Source: an uncultured Gemmatimonadales bacterium (GTDB taxonomy: Bacteria; Gemmatimonadota; Gemmatimonadetes; Longimicrobiales; Gaopeijiaceae). Taken from it: a DNA stretch of 64,000 nt. The stretch spans positions 117,513 to 181,512 of the forward strand of contig CAWGKG010000008.1 in NCBI GenBank assembly GCA_963823035.1, given 5' to 3'. The notes under the pieces are model-generated. The model did no database searches, was not told the DNA's origin, and saw nothing but the letters and a program-made list of their open reading frames with translations. Positions 29,557-40,503 of this stretch are shown one piece after another (the first letter of the stretch is position 1; each line of letters opens with the position of its first letter). A program made the translations under genes and the position numbers.

Positions 29557-31245
29557 CTACGGCTCGACCGTGAAGTTGAACATCATCCCCGAGTGCAGGT
29601 GCTCGGCGATGTGGCAGTGCATCATCCAGGTGCCGGGGTTGGACATCTCGACCAGGAGGTCGACGGTGCTGCCCACGGGCACGATCGTCGTGTCCTTCCA
29701 GACCAGGTCCTCGTTCGGCGTGCCGTCCATCGACACCACCAGGAAGCGCTGCCCGTGGATGTGGATGGGGTGGTTCATCGGGTGGAACGACTTCGGCTGG
29801 TTGAAGATGCGGATCTTGACCACGTCGCCCACGTGGAACTTCCAGTGGATGTCGCCGTTCTCGGCGCCCGTGTCGCGGTCCCGCAGGATCCACGTGACCT
29901 GGTCGGAGGTCGACAGCCAGTTCATCATCGGCATGGCGTCGTTGAACTCGACCGGCGGCACGTAGAGCGTGTCCATCTCCATCGCCTGGACGATGGGGAC
30001 CGGCAGCCCCGACACGCGCACCGTGGTCTCCAGCTGGTGGTCGGGCTGCTTGTCGAAGAGCGCGCGGTAGCGGGCGACGTCGTCCACCACCGCCTGGTTC
30101 GTGCGCAGCGACTCGAACGCCTCGCCGTAGTCGGGGGTGGCGGGCTCGTCGGCCACCGTGACGAGCGCGAGCGTGTCCACGTGCGCGTAGAACTCTCCGC
30201 GGAAGTGGTTCACCGCCTGGATCGAGTTCGTGATCGCGACCTGGCCCGGCTGGTCGAAGCGCACGTCCACCACGTAGCGCTCGGCCGGCGCGATGATCAC
30301 GCTCGGCACCCACTGCTCGCGCTCGTAGCGGCCCACGTCGGACGCCACGACCTTCACCTTCGCGCCGCCGAAGACCACGTTGAACGTGCGCGTGTTGGCC
30401 ACGTCGGTGAGGAAGAAGCGGATCACCTCGCCCTTCTTCGCCGTGAGCCGGTAGCCGGTCTGGCCGTTGACCATCATGACGTTGCCGAAGCGGCCCATGA
30501 GCGCGTGCGTCGGCCCCTCCTTCCCCCACGGCAGCAGGCCCTGGCCGTCCATGAGGATGTCGTCGACCACGAAGATCTCCTCGCGGTTGGCGGGGCCGTA
30601 GTAGTCCGGGTCGGGCGAGGTGACGAGCAGGTTCCCGAAGAGGCCGAGGTCCTGCTGGACGTCCTCACGCACGTGCGGGTGGTACCAGAACATCCCCGCG
30701 TCGGGGACGTTCACCTGGTAGGTGAAGCTCTCCCCCTGGGCGATGGCTTCCTGCGTGACGCCCGGCACGCCGTCGAAGCGGTTGTCGATCCTCACCCCGT
30801 GCCAGTGGATCGTGGTGGGCATCTGGATCCGGTTGGTGACGCGCACCACCACGGTCGCGTCCTTCGGCGCCTGGATGAGCGGCCCGGGATACTGGCCGTT
30901 GTAGCCGTACATGACGAGCTCGTGGCCGTTGATCGTGCGCCGCACCATCGAAACCGCGATGTCGAGGGTGTCGCCGTCCTGCATGGGCACGACCTCGGAC
31001 GGCCGCGCCTCGGGCAGCATGGACGGGTCCATCCCCGCGTCCGGCAGGAACGGGCTCATCACGGGGAGGAGGCTCTCGATGCCCGGCAGCATCGGCATGT
31101 TCGGGTCCATCGGCACCATCCTCCACCCCCCCGTCATGCCCATGGCGTGACCCATGTGCATGTTCGGGTCCTGAGCCGACAGAGGCGCGGCGAGGAGGAG
31201 GACGGCGGTTGCCAGGCGCGCGACGCGGCGGGCGGGTTCTCTCAA
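29557..31245 (-). CDS. multicopper oxidase (CueO/CumA-like) with Met/His-rich N-terminus
   Basis: HWHG, WYHPH, HPIHIHG, HCHIAEHLHSGM; TTG 31245 overlaps the upstream stop. Confidence 0.93.
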   Translation of the reverse strand: MREPARRVARLATAVLLLAAPLSAQDPNMHMGHAMGMTGGWRMVPMDPNMPMLPGIESLLPVMSPFLPDAGMDPSMLPEARPSEVVPMQDGDTLDIAVSMVRRTINGHELVMYGYNGQYPGPLIQAPKDATVVVRVTNRIQMPTTIHWHGVRIDNRFDGVPGVTQEAIAQGESFTYQVNVPDAGMFWYHPHVREDVQQDLGLFGNLLVTSPDPDYYGPANREEIFVVDDILMDGQGLLPWGKEGPTHALMGRFGNVMMVNGQTGYRLTAKKGEVIRFFLTDVANTRTFNVVFGGAKVKVVASDVGRYEREQWVPSVIIAPAERYVVDVRFDQPGQVAITNSIQAVNHFRGEFYAHVDTLALVTVADEPATPDYGEAFESLRTNQAVVDDVARYRALFDKQPDHQLETTVRVSGLPVPIVQAMEMDTLYVPPVEFNDAMPMMNWLSTSDQVTWILRDRDTGAENGDIHWKFHVGDVVKIRIFNQPKSFHPMNHPIHIHGQRFLVVSMDGTPNEDLVWKDTTIVPVGSTVDLLVEMSNPGTWMMHCHIAEHLHSGMMFNFTVEP

Positions 31246-31844
31246 CGGTAGCCGTACCTGGCGCACAGTTCCTGCTGGAACGGGCCGTGGCCGGCCATCG
31301 TGTGCATCGCGCCGCTGCGCGACATGCCCCGCAGCACGATCGGACCCGACCAGGTCCCGGCGGAGGCGTCGTCGGACGCCTCGAGGGTGACCACCACCAG
31401 GAACTTGTTCCACGACACCTGCCCGCGCGCTTGCAGGTTGTCGTCGAAGGCGCCCAGCCGCTCGATCCGGTCCACCTGCGGGGTCGTGATCCACGCTACG
31501 AGCGCGCCGCGAGCCGGAGGCTCGATCTCCGAGAGCTGCAGGGCCACGTCGTAGCGGTAGCTGCCGTCCGCGGCCACCGCGACGCCGTAGGGGGACCGCG
31601 CGAAGGCGAGGTGGCCCATACCGCGGGCCCGCGCGGTGCCGGGGAGCTTCTTCGTCGTGACCAGGTCGATCGCGTAGTACGTCGCAGGGTCGACGGGGAA
31701 GGCAGGGGCCGCGTCCACGGCCCCTGCAGCCGCCGAGCAGGCCGCGGGCACCGACGCCGTCTCGCCCGGGGGAATCCGGGCGGACGGGTCGGCGGCCCCG
31801 AGGGCGGTGAGCGCCGCGAGCATGGCGATCGTCCCGGTCTTCAT
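31242..31844 (-). CDS. secreted hypothetical protein (beta-rich, His/Met C-terminal motif)
   Basis: ATG 31844, signal peptide, SPYGVAV..VAWITTP..FLVVVTLE..MHTMAGHGPF; coupled to the oxidase. Confidence 0.7.
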   Translation of the reverse strand: MKTGTIAMLAALTALGAADPSARIPPGETASVPAACSAAAGAVDAAPAFPVDPATYYAIDLVTTKKLPGTARARGMGHLAFARSPYGVAVAADGSYRYDVALQLSEIEPPARGALVAWITTPQVDRIERLGAFDDNLQARGQVSWNKFLVVVTLEASDDASAGTWSGPIVLRGMSRSGAMHTMAGHGPFQQELCARYGYR

Positions 31845-31866
31845 GCTTCCTTCGGCCTCCCTGCGT

Positions 31867-33211
31867 TCAGCTGATCGGACGCTTCGGCGGCGCGTCCCAC
31901 TTCTGCGCCGACGAGATGTCCGGATAGCCCCAGTCCTCACCGTTCCATCCCTGGAAGCCGTCCATGCGGAAGGTCCAGAAGCCGGTGGACATGTCGCTGA
32001 TCACGATGAGCCCGTCCGCGTTGCGCACGTCGATGCCGAAGGCGCCGTTGAACTGAGAGTAACGGTCCGTGTTCGGCGGTCCGATGTACGTGTCGTAGAA
32101 GCCCACGGGCACCGGGTTCGCCGGGTCCTGCACGTTGAAGATCTGCAGCCCGTCCAGATACCCCGAAACGAACACGTAGGGCCACCGCACCTCGTGGTTG
32201 TGCACCAGGTGGGTCCAGTCGGCCGTGAAGGCGGAGATCGGATTGCGGATGTTCGTGACCTCGCCGTCCAGAGCGGGCTTCAGGTCGAAGATGCGCAGGG
32301 GAGCGTACTGGTACTCGGTCTCGGCGACCACGTAGCGGCCGTCGGGGCTCGGAGTGAAGGTGTGGCCGTAGGAGACGCCGCTGATGCCCGTGAGCGTGAC
32401 GCGGAGCTTCGGGTTCTGCAGGTCCGTGATGTCGTAGATGTAGTAGCCCCCGGTGCCGCCGCCGTAGAAGCGGTCCTCACCGGTGTCGGGGTAGTAGCCC
32501 ACGTAGAAGTCGTGGTAGCCGCGCGATCCCCCGCTTCCCATGCTCGACTCGGGGACCGGGACGCGGGCCACGCGCGCGTGCTCCACGTCGCCGTGCACCG
32601 ACCTTGCCCAGGTCGTACACGTTCGCGTAGGGTCCGCTCACGGTCGTGAAGAGATACACGCCGCCGTTCGAGTGCTTGTAGATGAAGATGTTGTGGAAGC
32701 CGCCCGGGGTCTCGGGCTCGCGGATGCGCGCCACTTCCTTCACCGTGCTCGGATCGGGCAGGCCGGTCACGTCGAGGATCACGGCGCCCAGATCGTTGTC
32801 GGGCCCACCCTGGCCGAACTGGAGCGACTGCACCACGTAGTAGCGGTCGTCGATCTTGAAGTGCTTCACATCCATGCCGCCGGTGCGCTGGTGCAGCTCC
32901 TGGTTCTCGATGCGCCAACGGTAGAGCACCTTGGGGTGGTCCGGGTCCTCGATGCTGACGATGTCCGTACCCTTCGGCCCCTCGTCTCCGTAGACCATGC
33001 GCGCGACGTACGCGTACGGGCGCGACATCTCCTGCTCGACGTCGAGGTCGGCCACGCTCAGGCGCGGGCCGAGCGGCACGTGGCCGAGCACCTCGATGTT
33101 GTCGCTGCCCCGCTTGAGCGGGGTCCACGGGGTCTGTTGCGCGGATGCGGGGGCGGCGGCGGCCGCGACGACGAGGAGCGCGCCGAGAACGCGCGAGCGG
33201 GTCACCAGCAT
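31867..33211 (-). CDS. LVIVD-repeat beta-propeller secreted protein; frameshift near 32600
   Basis: NIEVLGHVP, VILDVT, GFHNIF, HDFYV, YIYDITD, HNHEV, LQIFNVQDPANP, LIVISDM. Confidence 0.8.
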
Positions 33212-33371
33212 GGGGCAGCACCTGGTGCGGGGATCGGAAGGGCCTGCGCTTGCGAGGGCCAAAAGTGGGTGGGGTGCCCGGCGCCGGGCAAGTCGGGTCC
33301 GCGCCGGGCAACTCACGCGGGCGTTCGGGGTTCCTCACTGTCGCGACGAACGACGGGGAACGGAGGCGAGG

Positions 33372-34115
33372 ATGCAGATCGCGGTGGTGTCGGACATCCA
33401 CGGAAACTCGTGGGCCCTCGACGCGGTGCTCGAGGAGATGGGCCACATGCACGTCGACCGGGTGCTCAACCTCGGCGACTGCTTCTTCGGGCCGCTTGAC
33501 CCGAAGGGCACGCACGAGCGGCTGCTCGGCCATGGGTGGCCGACGGTCCGCGGCAACCAGGACCGTGCCCTGCTCGAGGGCGCGGACAATCCGGGCGCCG
33601 TCTTCACGCTCGGCGAGATCGGGAGCGAGGGCGTGGCGTGGCTCACCTTCCAGACGCACCCCACCGTGAGCCAGGGCGCTATCCTCGCCTGCCACGGAAA
33701 CCTCGAGCGCGACGACGTGACGCTCATCGAGCGGATCGAGACCGACCACGTGCGCACGGCGACCGACGGGGAGCTCACCGACGCGCTCCGCGGCGCGGCG
33801 GAGAACGTGGAGATCGTGCTCTGCGGCCACAGCCACCAGCCCGGCACGGTGCGGCTGTCCGACGGGCGCCTCGTGGTGAACCCGGGGAGCGTGGGACTCC
33901 CCGCCTACACGGCCGACGCGCCCCACCCGCACGGCATGGAGTCGGGCACGCCCCACGCGCGCTGGGCCCTGCTCGAGCGCAGGCGACACGGTGTCTGGCG
34001 GATCGAGCTGCGCGCAACGCCCTACGACGTGGAGGCGGCCGCGGCCGCGGCGCGCGCGCACGACCGGCCGGACTGGGCCCGCTGGATCGAGACCGGGCGG
34101 GCGCGGGAATGCTGA
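33372..34115 (+). CDS. calcineurin-like metallophosphoesterase
   Basis: SDIHGN, LGD, RGNQD, CGHSH, NPGSVG; ATG 33372 after GAGG. Confidence 0.92.
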   Translation: MQIAVVSDIHGNSWALDAVLEEMGHMHVDRVLNLGDCFFGPLDPKGTHERLLGHGWPTVRGNQDRALLEGADNPGAVFTLGEIGSEGVAWLTFQTHPTVSQGAILACHGNLERDDVTLIERIETDHVRTATDGELTDALRGAAENVEIVLCGHSHQPGTVRLSDGRLVVNPGSVGLPAYTADAPHPHGMESGTPHARWALLERRRHGVWRIELRATPYDVEAAAAAARAHDRPDWARWIETGRAREC

Positions 34116-34121
34116 GGGCTG

Positions 34122-34823
34122 CTAGCGCCGCCCCAGCTCGGACAGGACCTCGAGCTGGATCTCCTGGATCTGCGTGAGGCGCTCCCACTGCTGCAGGAGG
34201 AGGTGGTCGACCTTCTCGTGGAGGTGACGGATCTCCAGCTCGGCCTTGAGGTTGATCTTGTAGTCGTTCTGCGCGCGGATGCGGTCCTTCGCCTCCTGCC
34301 GGTTCTGGCTCATCATGATGACCGGCGCCTGGACGGAGGCCAGGCACGACAGGACGAGGTTCAGGAGGATGAAGGGGTAGGGGTCCGGCGGGTGCCGGAA
34401 CAGCACCACGGCGTTCATCACGATCCAGGCGGCGATGAACACGCCGAAGGAGATGAGGAACACCCAGCTTCCGCCGAAGGCGGCGAGCCCGTCCGCCAGG
34501 CGCTCCCCGGACGTCCGCCCTCGCTCCAGCGCTTCCTCCATGTCCCTCGCCAGAATGTCGTGCTCGTGCAGGCTCCGCACGACGTCCGCCTCGAGGGAGC
34601 TCAGCTCGCCGCGCTCGGACTCCAGCAGCGACGTCACGTACGCGTAGCGGAAGCGGTTGAGGTCGGGGCGGCAGACGAACCCTTCCGGGGTCCAGGTGGG
34701 CAACTCCGCCTGGATGCGCTGGGCGATCGGCTCCCGGATCGTGGTGCCCGGGACGAGGGCCTTGGTAGGGAAGGTCTTTCCGCAGACGGAACACGTACCC
34801 GTCGCGGCGGCCGACTTGTGCAT
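34122..34823 (-). CDS. DUF1003 domain membrane protein
   Basis: AAFGGSW, DPYPFILLNLVLS, QAPVIMMSQNRQ, DYKINLKAELEI. Confidence 0.92.
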   Translation of the reverse strand: MHKSAAATGTCSVCGKTFPTKALVPGTTIREPIAQRIQAELPTWTPEGFVCRPDLNRFRYAYVTSLLESERGELSSLEADVVRSLHEHDILARDMEEALERGRTSGERLADGLAAFGGSWVFLISFGVFIAAWIVMNAVVLFRHPPDPYPFILLNLVLSCLASVQAPVIMMSQNRQEAKDRIRAQNDYKINLKAELEIRHLHEKVDHLLLQQWERLTQIQEIQLEVLSELGRR

Positions 34824-34845
34824 TCCGGACTCCCGGGAAGTGGTG

Positions 34846-35535
34846 TCAGAGCTGGGTGCCGACGAGGGAGCCGACGAGCGCGGTGAGGCCCATCGCCAGG
34901 GCTCCCCAGAAGGTCATGCGCACCACGGCCCGAAGCACGGGCGCGCCGCCCGCGCGGGCGGCCAGCGCGCCCAGTCCCCCGAGCGCCACCAGGGACGCGC
35001 CCGTCACCAGAACGGCGGAGCTCGACACGGGTGCCACGAGGACGACGACGAGCGGCAGGAGCGCGCCGGCCGAGAACGTCCCGGCCGACGCCAGGGCGGC
35101 CTGGACCGGGCGGGCGGCCGTCACCTCCGAGATGCCGAGCTCGTCGCGCGCGTGCGCGCCGAGGGCATCGTGCGCCATGAGCTGATCCGCGACCCGGGCC
35201 GCCAGGTCGGGCTCGAGCCCTCGCGTCCGGTAGATCCGCGCCAGCTCCTGGTGCTCTCCCTCGGGGTTGGCCGCCAGCTCCTCGCGCTCCCGTGCGAGGT
35301 CGGCGGCCTCCGTATCGGTCTGCGAGCTCACGGACACGTACTCTCCGGCCGCCATCGAGACCGCGCCGGCCACCATGCCGGCGACGCCCGCAACGAGCAC
35401 CTGGCCCCGGGGTGCGCCGGCGGCGGCCACCCCCACCACGAGGCTGCTCGTGGAGAGGAGGCCGTCGTTGGCGCCCAGGACGGCGGCGCGCAGCCATCCG
35501 ATGCGGTGGGTCCGGTGCCCTTCGACGTGGGCCAT
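34846..35535 (-). CDS. VIT1/CCC1-family iron/manganese transporter
   Basis: LRAAVLGANDG, SMAAGEYVSVSSQ, HARDELG. Confidence 0.93.
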   Translation of the reverse strand: MAHVEGHRTHRIGWLRAAVLGANDGLLSTSSLVVGVAAAGAPRGQVLVAGVAGMVAGAVSMAAGEYVSVSSQTDTEAADLAREREELAANPEGEHQELARIYRTRGLEPDLAARVADQLMAHDALGAHARDELGISEVTAARPVQAALASAGTFSAGALLPLVVVLVAPVSSSAVLVTGASLVALGGLGALAARAGGAPVLRAVVRMTFWGALAMGLTALVGSLVGTQL

Positions 35536-35550
35536 GGTGGCCGTAGGCTC

Positions 35551-38496
35551 CTACCGACCTCCCCTCCCCGGCGCGGCCTCGTCCGTCACCGCCTCCGCGG
35601 CCTTCCCCGCGTCCAGGTCGTTCCAGTTCAGGATCGCGTTGAACCCCAGGAAGAACGTCCCCTGGGTCTGCCACCGCCAATACGGCCGGATGGCGAACAT
35701 CACCACGTGGCCTTCACCCACCGGCTCGTCCACGACCTGCGCCTTGCCGGTGAGCGCCTCAGCCCCGCCGAGCGTGCCGGAGAGCAGGATCTGCCCCGGG
35801 TTGTCGGGGAACTTCATGACCACACGCGGTCCGGACTCGTCCACGTTGACCCCGAACTGGCGGGCCATGCGGCGGAACTCGGCCATCTGATCCGGCTGGC
35901 CACCGCCGCGCGCGCCGCGCGCCTGCGTGCTGTCGGCCTGCCACGTGCTCAGGCGCGGCTTGGAGGCCATCGGCGTCGTGTTCTGCCAGGGGCTGCTGCC
36001 GCCTCCCCCGAAGTAGCCACGCGCCATACGCGCCAAGCCGCCGCCCGCCTCGAGCACCACGTCGCCCCGGTAGAGCACCGGGAGCTGGTCGCCCGCGTAG
36101 CCGTAGGCGATCGGGCTGGTCTTGTCGGCGATGACGCCCCGCTCGACCGAGCCGGGCGCGACCAGATCGTCGGAATCCACCACGCTCACGCCCGGCGTCA
36201 GGCCGTAGGAAGGGAAGATGTTCGACGTGGAGCCCTCCACGATGAGCGTGCCGCCCTCCTGCACGAACTTCGCCAGCTGCACGAGCCCGTCGAAGCCCAT
36301 CCCGCCGCGGATGTCGGCGCTCTGGTCGAGCGCGCCGAGGTTGGGCGTCTTGTCGGTCTTCCCGTAGGGAAGGGGCATCTCACCGGTCATCGCGATGCCG
36401 TTCACCTGCGACTGGGCGTTCCCGCCCACGTGCGGGAAGACGATCACGTCGTACTTCGCGCGCAGGTTGCCGTCCTTCAGCTTCTGGTCGGCGAAGTAGG
36501 TGTAGGGCACGTGGTAGGTGTCGAGCGCGGCGCGCACCCAACCCTCGTCCTGCGTGCGTTGCCAGGAGTGGACGTAGCCGATGCGCGGAACGTCGAGCTC
36601 GTGCGTGGGCACGTCGGGCATGCTGCCCGCCCACGCGGACAGCCCCAGCTCGGTCAGGCTCGACTCGATCGTCGCGCGGTCGGCCTGCGGGATGATGAAC
36701 GCGCCCGCACGGAACGCGTGTCCTCCCATCTCGAAGTCGCTCTCCGCGGCCAGCATGCGCACGTCGGCGTGCGTCATGCGGAAGGTCATCAGGTTGTTGT
36801 CCGTGGTGTGGTCCACGACGATGACGTCGCCCTTCCCGGAGATCCCGCCCGGCGCGTGCGCCGGGTATGCGACCGCCGTCATCGGCTGATCGAGCACCGA
36901 TTTGTCGTCGATGGTCTTCAGATCGACGTTGCGCGTGAGCTGCATCGTCCACCCGGTGTCGTCGTACGGACGCGGGTTGTCGAGGCTGAACTGCTGCAGC
37001 GAGAAGTAGATGTCCGCCATCGTGCGGAATGGCTGGTCGGCCCGGGCGATGAAGTCGCCCGCCTGCACCTTCACGCCGCCGGCCTCGAAGGCCTTGTCCG
37101 CGCGGTGGATCTCGAGGCCCTGGCGGAGCAGCTCGTTGACCATGTCGACCGCGTCCGCCTTCCTGCGCTGATTGGCCGGGATCACCCACGCGTTCACCGG
37201 CCCGTCGATGCCCTTCTGCACCGAGCGCTTGTTCTTGAGCCAGTAGTTCTCGAGGAACCAGGCCCGGTGGTCGGCAGCGTACTTCAGCGAGAAGAGCAGC
37301 GCGGATTCCTGGATGTTGGTGTTGTTGCGCGGGCCCCAGTTGATCGACGGGAGCGGCGGGTTGGGCCGGAACCACTCACGGCTCGTCGTCGTGGCGCCGA
37401 GGCGCAGGTTCTCGCGGTTGTCCGGCCCGTAGCTCTGCACCTCGTAGAAGCGCCCGATGCCGTTGTGCGTGTGGGCGATCGTGAACATGTAGTTCGGCGT
37501 CCACCCGTCGTAGAAGCCGTACGTCCACACGCCGGGCACGCCGCGCTTGGTCATCTCGAGCACGTCGTTCTCGGCGAGGACCCACCACTCACCGATCGTG
37601 ATCGGGTCGAACCCCTCGTTGTAGGGGCCCGTCCCGGTCGACGTGTACAGGTACGACTGCGCCTCGTGCAGGTCGTGCATGACCGTGGGCGTCCACTGCA
37701 GCCACGTCTTGTTGACGTTGCGCGTGAGAGCCAGGAACTGCCCCATCCCGTCGCGGTTGTTGTCGTGCGCGACGTACTTGCCCCAGTACATGAGCGGAAG
37801 GCGGCTCTCGCCCTCGGGCCGGTCCTTGTTGAAGTAGTAGGTGTCGACCTCCTTCTCGCGGCCGTCCACCTCGATCACCGGGGTGATGAAGGTGATGAGG
37901 TTGTCGCGGATGTCCTGGATGAAGGGCGTCTCCTCCACCACCAGGCGGTATGCCAGCTCCTGGAGCATCTCGGGGCCGCCCGTCTCCGGGGAGTGCATCC
38001 CCGACGTCACCCAGTAGATCGGCTTGCCGGCGCTCTCGATGATCTCGCGCGCCCGCGCTTCCGTGGTCGTACGGGGATCGGTCAGCTCGTGCAGCATCCC
38101 CTTGTAGCGCTCGAGGTCCCGGATGGTCGCCTCGTCGGCGATCGCCATCACGATCTGCTCGCGGCCCTCCTCGGTCTGTCCGATCGACCACACCATCGCG
38201 CGCGGCGAGGCGTCCGCGATCGCGCGCATGTAGCGGTGGATGTCGCGCGCGTAGGTGAGCTCGCCCGGGGTGCCCACGATGCGCCCGTTGAAGGCGAGCG
38301 GCGTCGGCACCACGTCCGAGGCCGGGAGGTGGTCCACCAGCTCGGTCGTGATGCGGTCGTCCTGGAGATACTCCTTGATGAGCTTGGTGTACTCCTCGTC
38401 GTTGCGCTGCTGGGCCTGGGCCAGATTCGGCGCCGCCAGGGAGGCGACGGCGAGCCCCCAGACCATACGTCGGAGCGCGGAGGTCCTGCGGGACAT
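35551..38496 (-). CDS. large secreted M14-family zinc carboxypeptidase
   Basis: MHSPE, HDNNRD, HDLHE motifs; signal peptide from ATG 38496. Confidence 0.88.
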   Translation of the reverse strand: MSRRTSALRRMVWGLAVASLAAPNLAQAQQRNDEEYTKLIKEYLQDDRITTELVDHLPASDVVPTPLAFNGRIVGTPGELTYARDIHRYMRAIADASPRAMVWSIGQTEEGREQIVMAIADEATIRDLERYKGMLHELTDPRTTTEARAREIIESAGKPIYWVTSGMHSPETGGPEMLQELAYRLVVEETPFIQDIRDNLITFITPVIEVDGREKEVDTYYFNKDRPEGESRLPLMYWGKYVAHDNNRDGMGQFLALTRNVNKTWLQWTPTVMHDLHEAQSYLYTSTGTGPYNEGFDPITIGEWWVLAENDVLEMTKRGVPGVWTYGFYDGWTPNYMFTIAHTHNGIGRFYEVQSYGPDNRENLRLGATTTSREWFRPNPPLPSINWGPRNNTNIQESALLFSLKYAADHRAWFLENYWLKNKRSVQKGIDGPVNAWVIPANQRRKADAVDMVNELLRQGLEIHRADKAFEAGGVKVQAGDFIARADQPFRTMADIYFSLQQFSLDNPRPYDDTGWTMQLTRNVDLKTIDDKSVLDQPMTAVAYPAHAPGGISGKGDVIVVDHTTDNNLMTFRMTHADVRMLAAESDFEMGGHAFRAGAFIIPQADRATIESSLTELGLSAWAGSMPDVPTHELDVPRIGYVHSWQRTQDEGWVRAALDTYHVPYTYFADQKLKDGNLRAKYDVIVFPHVGGNAQSQVNGIAMTGEMPLPYGKTDKTPNLGALDQSADIRGGMGFDGLVQLAKFVQEGGTLIVEGSTSNIFPSYGLTPGVSVVDSDDLVAPGSVERGVIADKTSPIAYGYAGDQLPVLYRGDVVLEAGGGLARMARGYFGGGGSSPWQNTTPMASKPRLSTWQADSTQARGARGGGQPDQMAEFRRMARQFGVNVDESGPRVVMKFPDNPGQILLSGTLGGAEALTGKAQVVDEPVGEGHVVMFAIRPYWRWQTQGTFFLGFNAILNWNDLDAGKAAEAVTDEAAPGRGGR

Positions 38497-38619
38497 GGTG
38501 GGCTCCCTGCGTGGGGTGGGTCGCGGAGCGGAGGTCGGCCGTTCCGTGTTGGGTGTATCGCCGCCCGCAGGGACGCGCAAGGGACGTGGAGCGTTGGGAC
38601 GGACGGCACGCCCGGATCG

Positions 38620-39874
38620 TCAGTCGCGGTCGGGTCGGACCACCAGGATCCCCGTCTCCCGGCCGAAGTCGCCGCGCACGGCGGGAAGGCCCTCCGGGAC
38701 GGCCCACGGACCGCCGTCGATACGAAGGAGGTACGCCCAGGTGCCGGGGCGCAGATCGATCGCGGTGGACCAGGTGTCGGCCCCGTTCGGCCGGAGCGTC
38801 ACGGGCACCCAGTCGGTGAAGTCGCCCATGATGTCGACGTCGTCGGCCGGAACGTGGCGCAGCACGAGCCGGGACGCGGCACCGTCCGCTCCGCGCACGA
38901 CCTCGAGCACCGGCGCGCTGTCACGACGACGCTCGGCGCGTTCCAGCGCCTCGGCGGACCCCGGCGCGATGGAGGCGGCTCGTGTGCCGGGCGACCAGCG
39001 CAGGCCGACGCCGACGAAGCGGGCGCGCGGAAGGGCGCGTTCCGGAAGCGCCGGCCGGATCCCTCCGGAGAGCTCGATGGAGAGCCCCGCCACGGGCAGC
39101 GGGACGGCCGAGCGCACGCGCCCCCAGGCCTCGCTCCCTGTGCCCGTTCCCCCGATGCGCCGGCCGATGGCGGCCCCGAGGCGGATCGGACCCAACGCGA
39201 CGTCCGCGCTCGCTTCCGCGTCCACGTAGCGGAACCGGGCCAGGGCGGGGCGGGCGCGATGGCTCGTGAAGGCGTAGCCCGCCACCGTGAAGACCGTGTC
39301 GAACGGCACGGCCGTGCTGTCGTGGAAGACGGTGCCGGAGAGGGTCGCGCCCAGGGCGGCGCGTCCCGGGCTCCAGATCAGGCCGGCGGCGGTCCTTTGC
39401 GCGGACCGGCCGGGACGATCCCCCGTGGGTCGGTCGAGCGTCCACGACAGCCACGCCTCCAGCGTGGATCGGCTCAGGTGCAGCTCGCCACCGGCCTCGA
39501 TGCCGGTGAACGGGTTCGTGGCCGCCGAGCCGATCCCGAAGGCGCCGACGTGCGCGAGAAGGGACAGGCCCTCGGACGGGACGAGGTCGTACCGGGCGAG
39601 GGCGCCGCCGCCGAGCGCCGGAGCGCGGCGGTCGGGGGAGGCGACCAGACCGTCGACGGCGAACGAGAGGCGCCCCACGTCGAATCCGCGCGACGCCGGA
39701 GAGGAAGGAGGCGCCGACATCGTGGGGGAAGCCGGGAAGGGCCGCGCCGACCGGAACGGTCTGTGCGGATGCGCCGGCCGCTGCGCCGACGCCGAACGCA
39801 GCGAGCAGCGCTCCGGTCGCGAGGGAGCCCGCCCGGGAACGCGGCCGCGGTCGGTGCCGCGGGCGGTCTGCCAT
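38620..39874 (-). CDS. putative outer-membrane beta-barrel protein with C-terminal CBM48/AMPK-type domain; frameshift near 39689
   Basis: Signal ..GAAAGASA-Q; amphipathic beta strands; C-terminal VDIMGDFTDW..WSTAIDLRPG..LRIDGGPW..DFG. Confidence 0.72.
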
Positions 39875-40503
39875 CAACCTCCTCCGGGCGGGGGCGCCCC
39901 ACCACGAAGGGACCGGAGGATCCGCGCGCTCTGGCGCTCCGCGGCGGTGGTGGGAAGTGTCCCGTCGCGGATGTCGAGCTCCACCCGGTAGCGCAGGAGA
40001 TGGTAGCCCTCCGGATCCGCGCCGGCCCGCGCGAGGGAGCGGATCGCCTGGACCGCCGACGCGGGGGGCACGCCCTGCTGCACGAGGTCCGCGAGCACCA
40101 CGAGGGGAAGGTCCACGCCGGCCCGCTCGGCGTCCTCCCTGATGCGCCGGAGGGCGTCGGCCGGCACGTCGACGTAGAGCGCCCCGGCCCCGGCGACCAG
40201 CTCGGATTCCGTGGAGCCCGGGCCGAGGGCGTCGCGCGCGGCCGCGAGTCGCTCGCGCAGGCCGCGCACCGCCCCGACGATGCGCGGGCCATCGGCGGCG
40301 AGTGCCGCGCCTTCGAGGGCCTTCTGGATCAGCGGCTCCACCGGGAGACCGGCTTCACGGGCGCTCGCCACCTCGCGGCCCACGCCGACGAGGGCGACCG
40401 GATCGAGCCGAGCCTCCAGGCGGGCGTCCTGGGCGAGCGCGACGCCCGGGAGCAGGGTGAGCAGCAGGAGGGTGGCCAGGCCACCGAGGGGGCGGGCGAT
40501 CAT
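39874..40503 (-). CDS. secreted alpha-helical hypothetical protein
   Basis: Signal ..LPGVALA-Q; GLPVEPLIQKALEG, LADLVQQGVP; ATGA/TGATG overlaps on both sides. Confidence 0.75.
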   Translation of the reverse strand: MIARPLGGLATLLLLTLLPGVALAQDARLEARLDPVALVGVGREVASAREAGLPVEPLIQKALEGAALAADGPRIVGAVRGLRERLAAARDALGPGSTESELVAGAGALYVDVPADALRRIREDAERAGVDLPLVVLADLVQQGVPPASAVQAIRSLARAGADPEGYHLLRYRVELDIRDGTLPTTAAERQSARILRSLRGGAPPPGGG

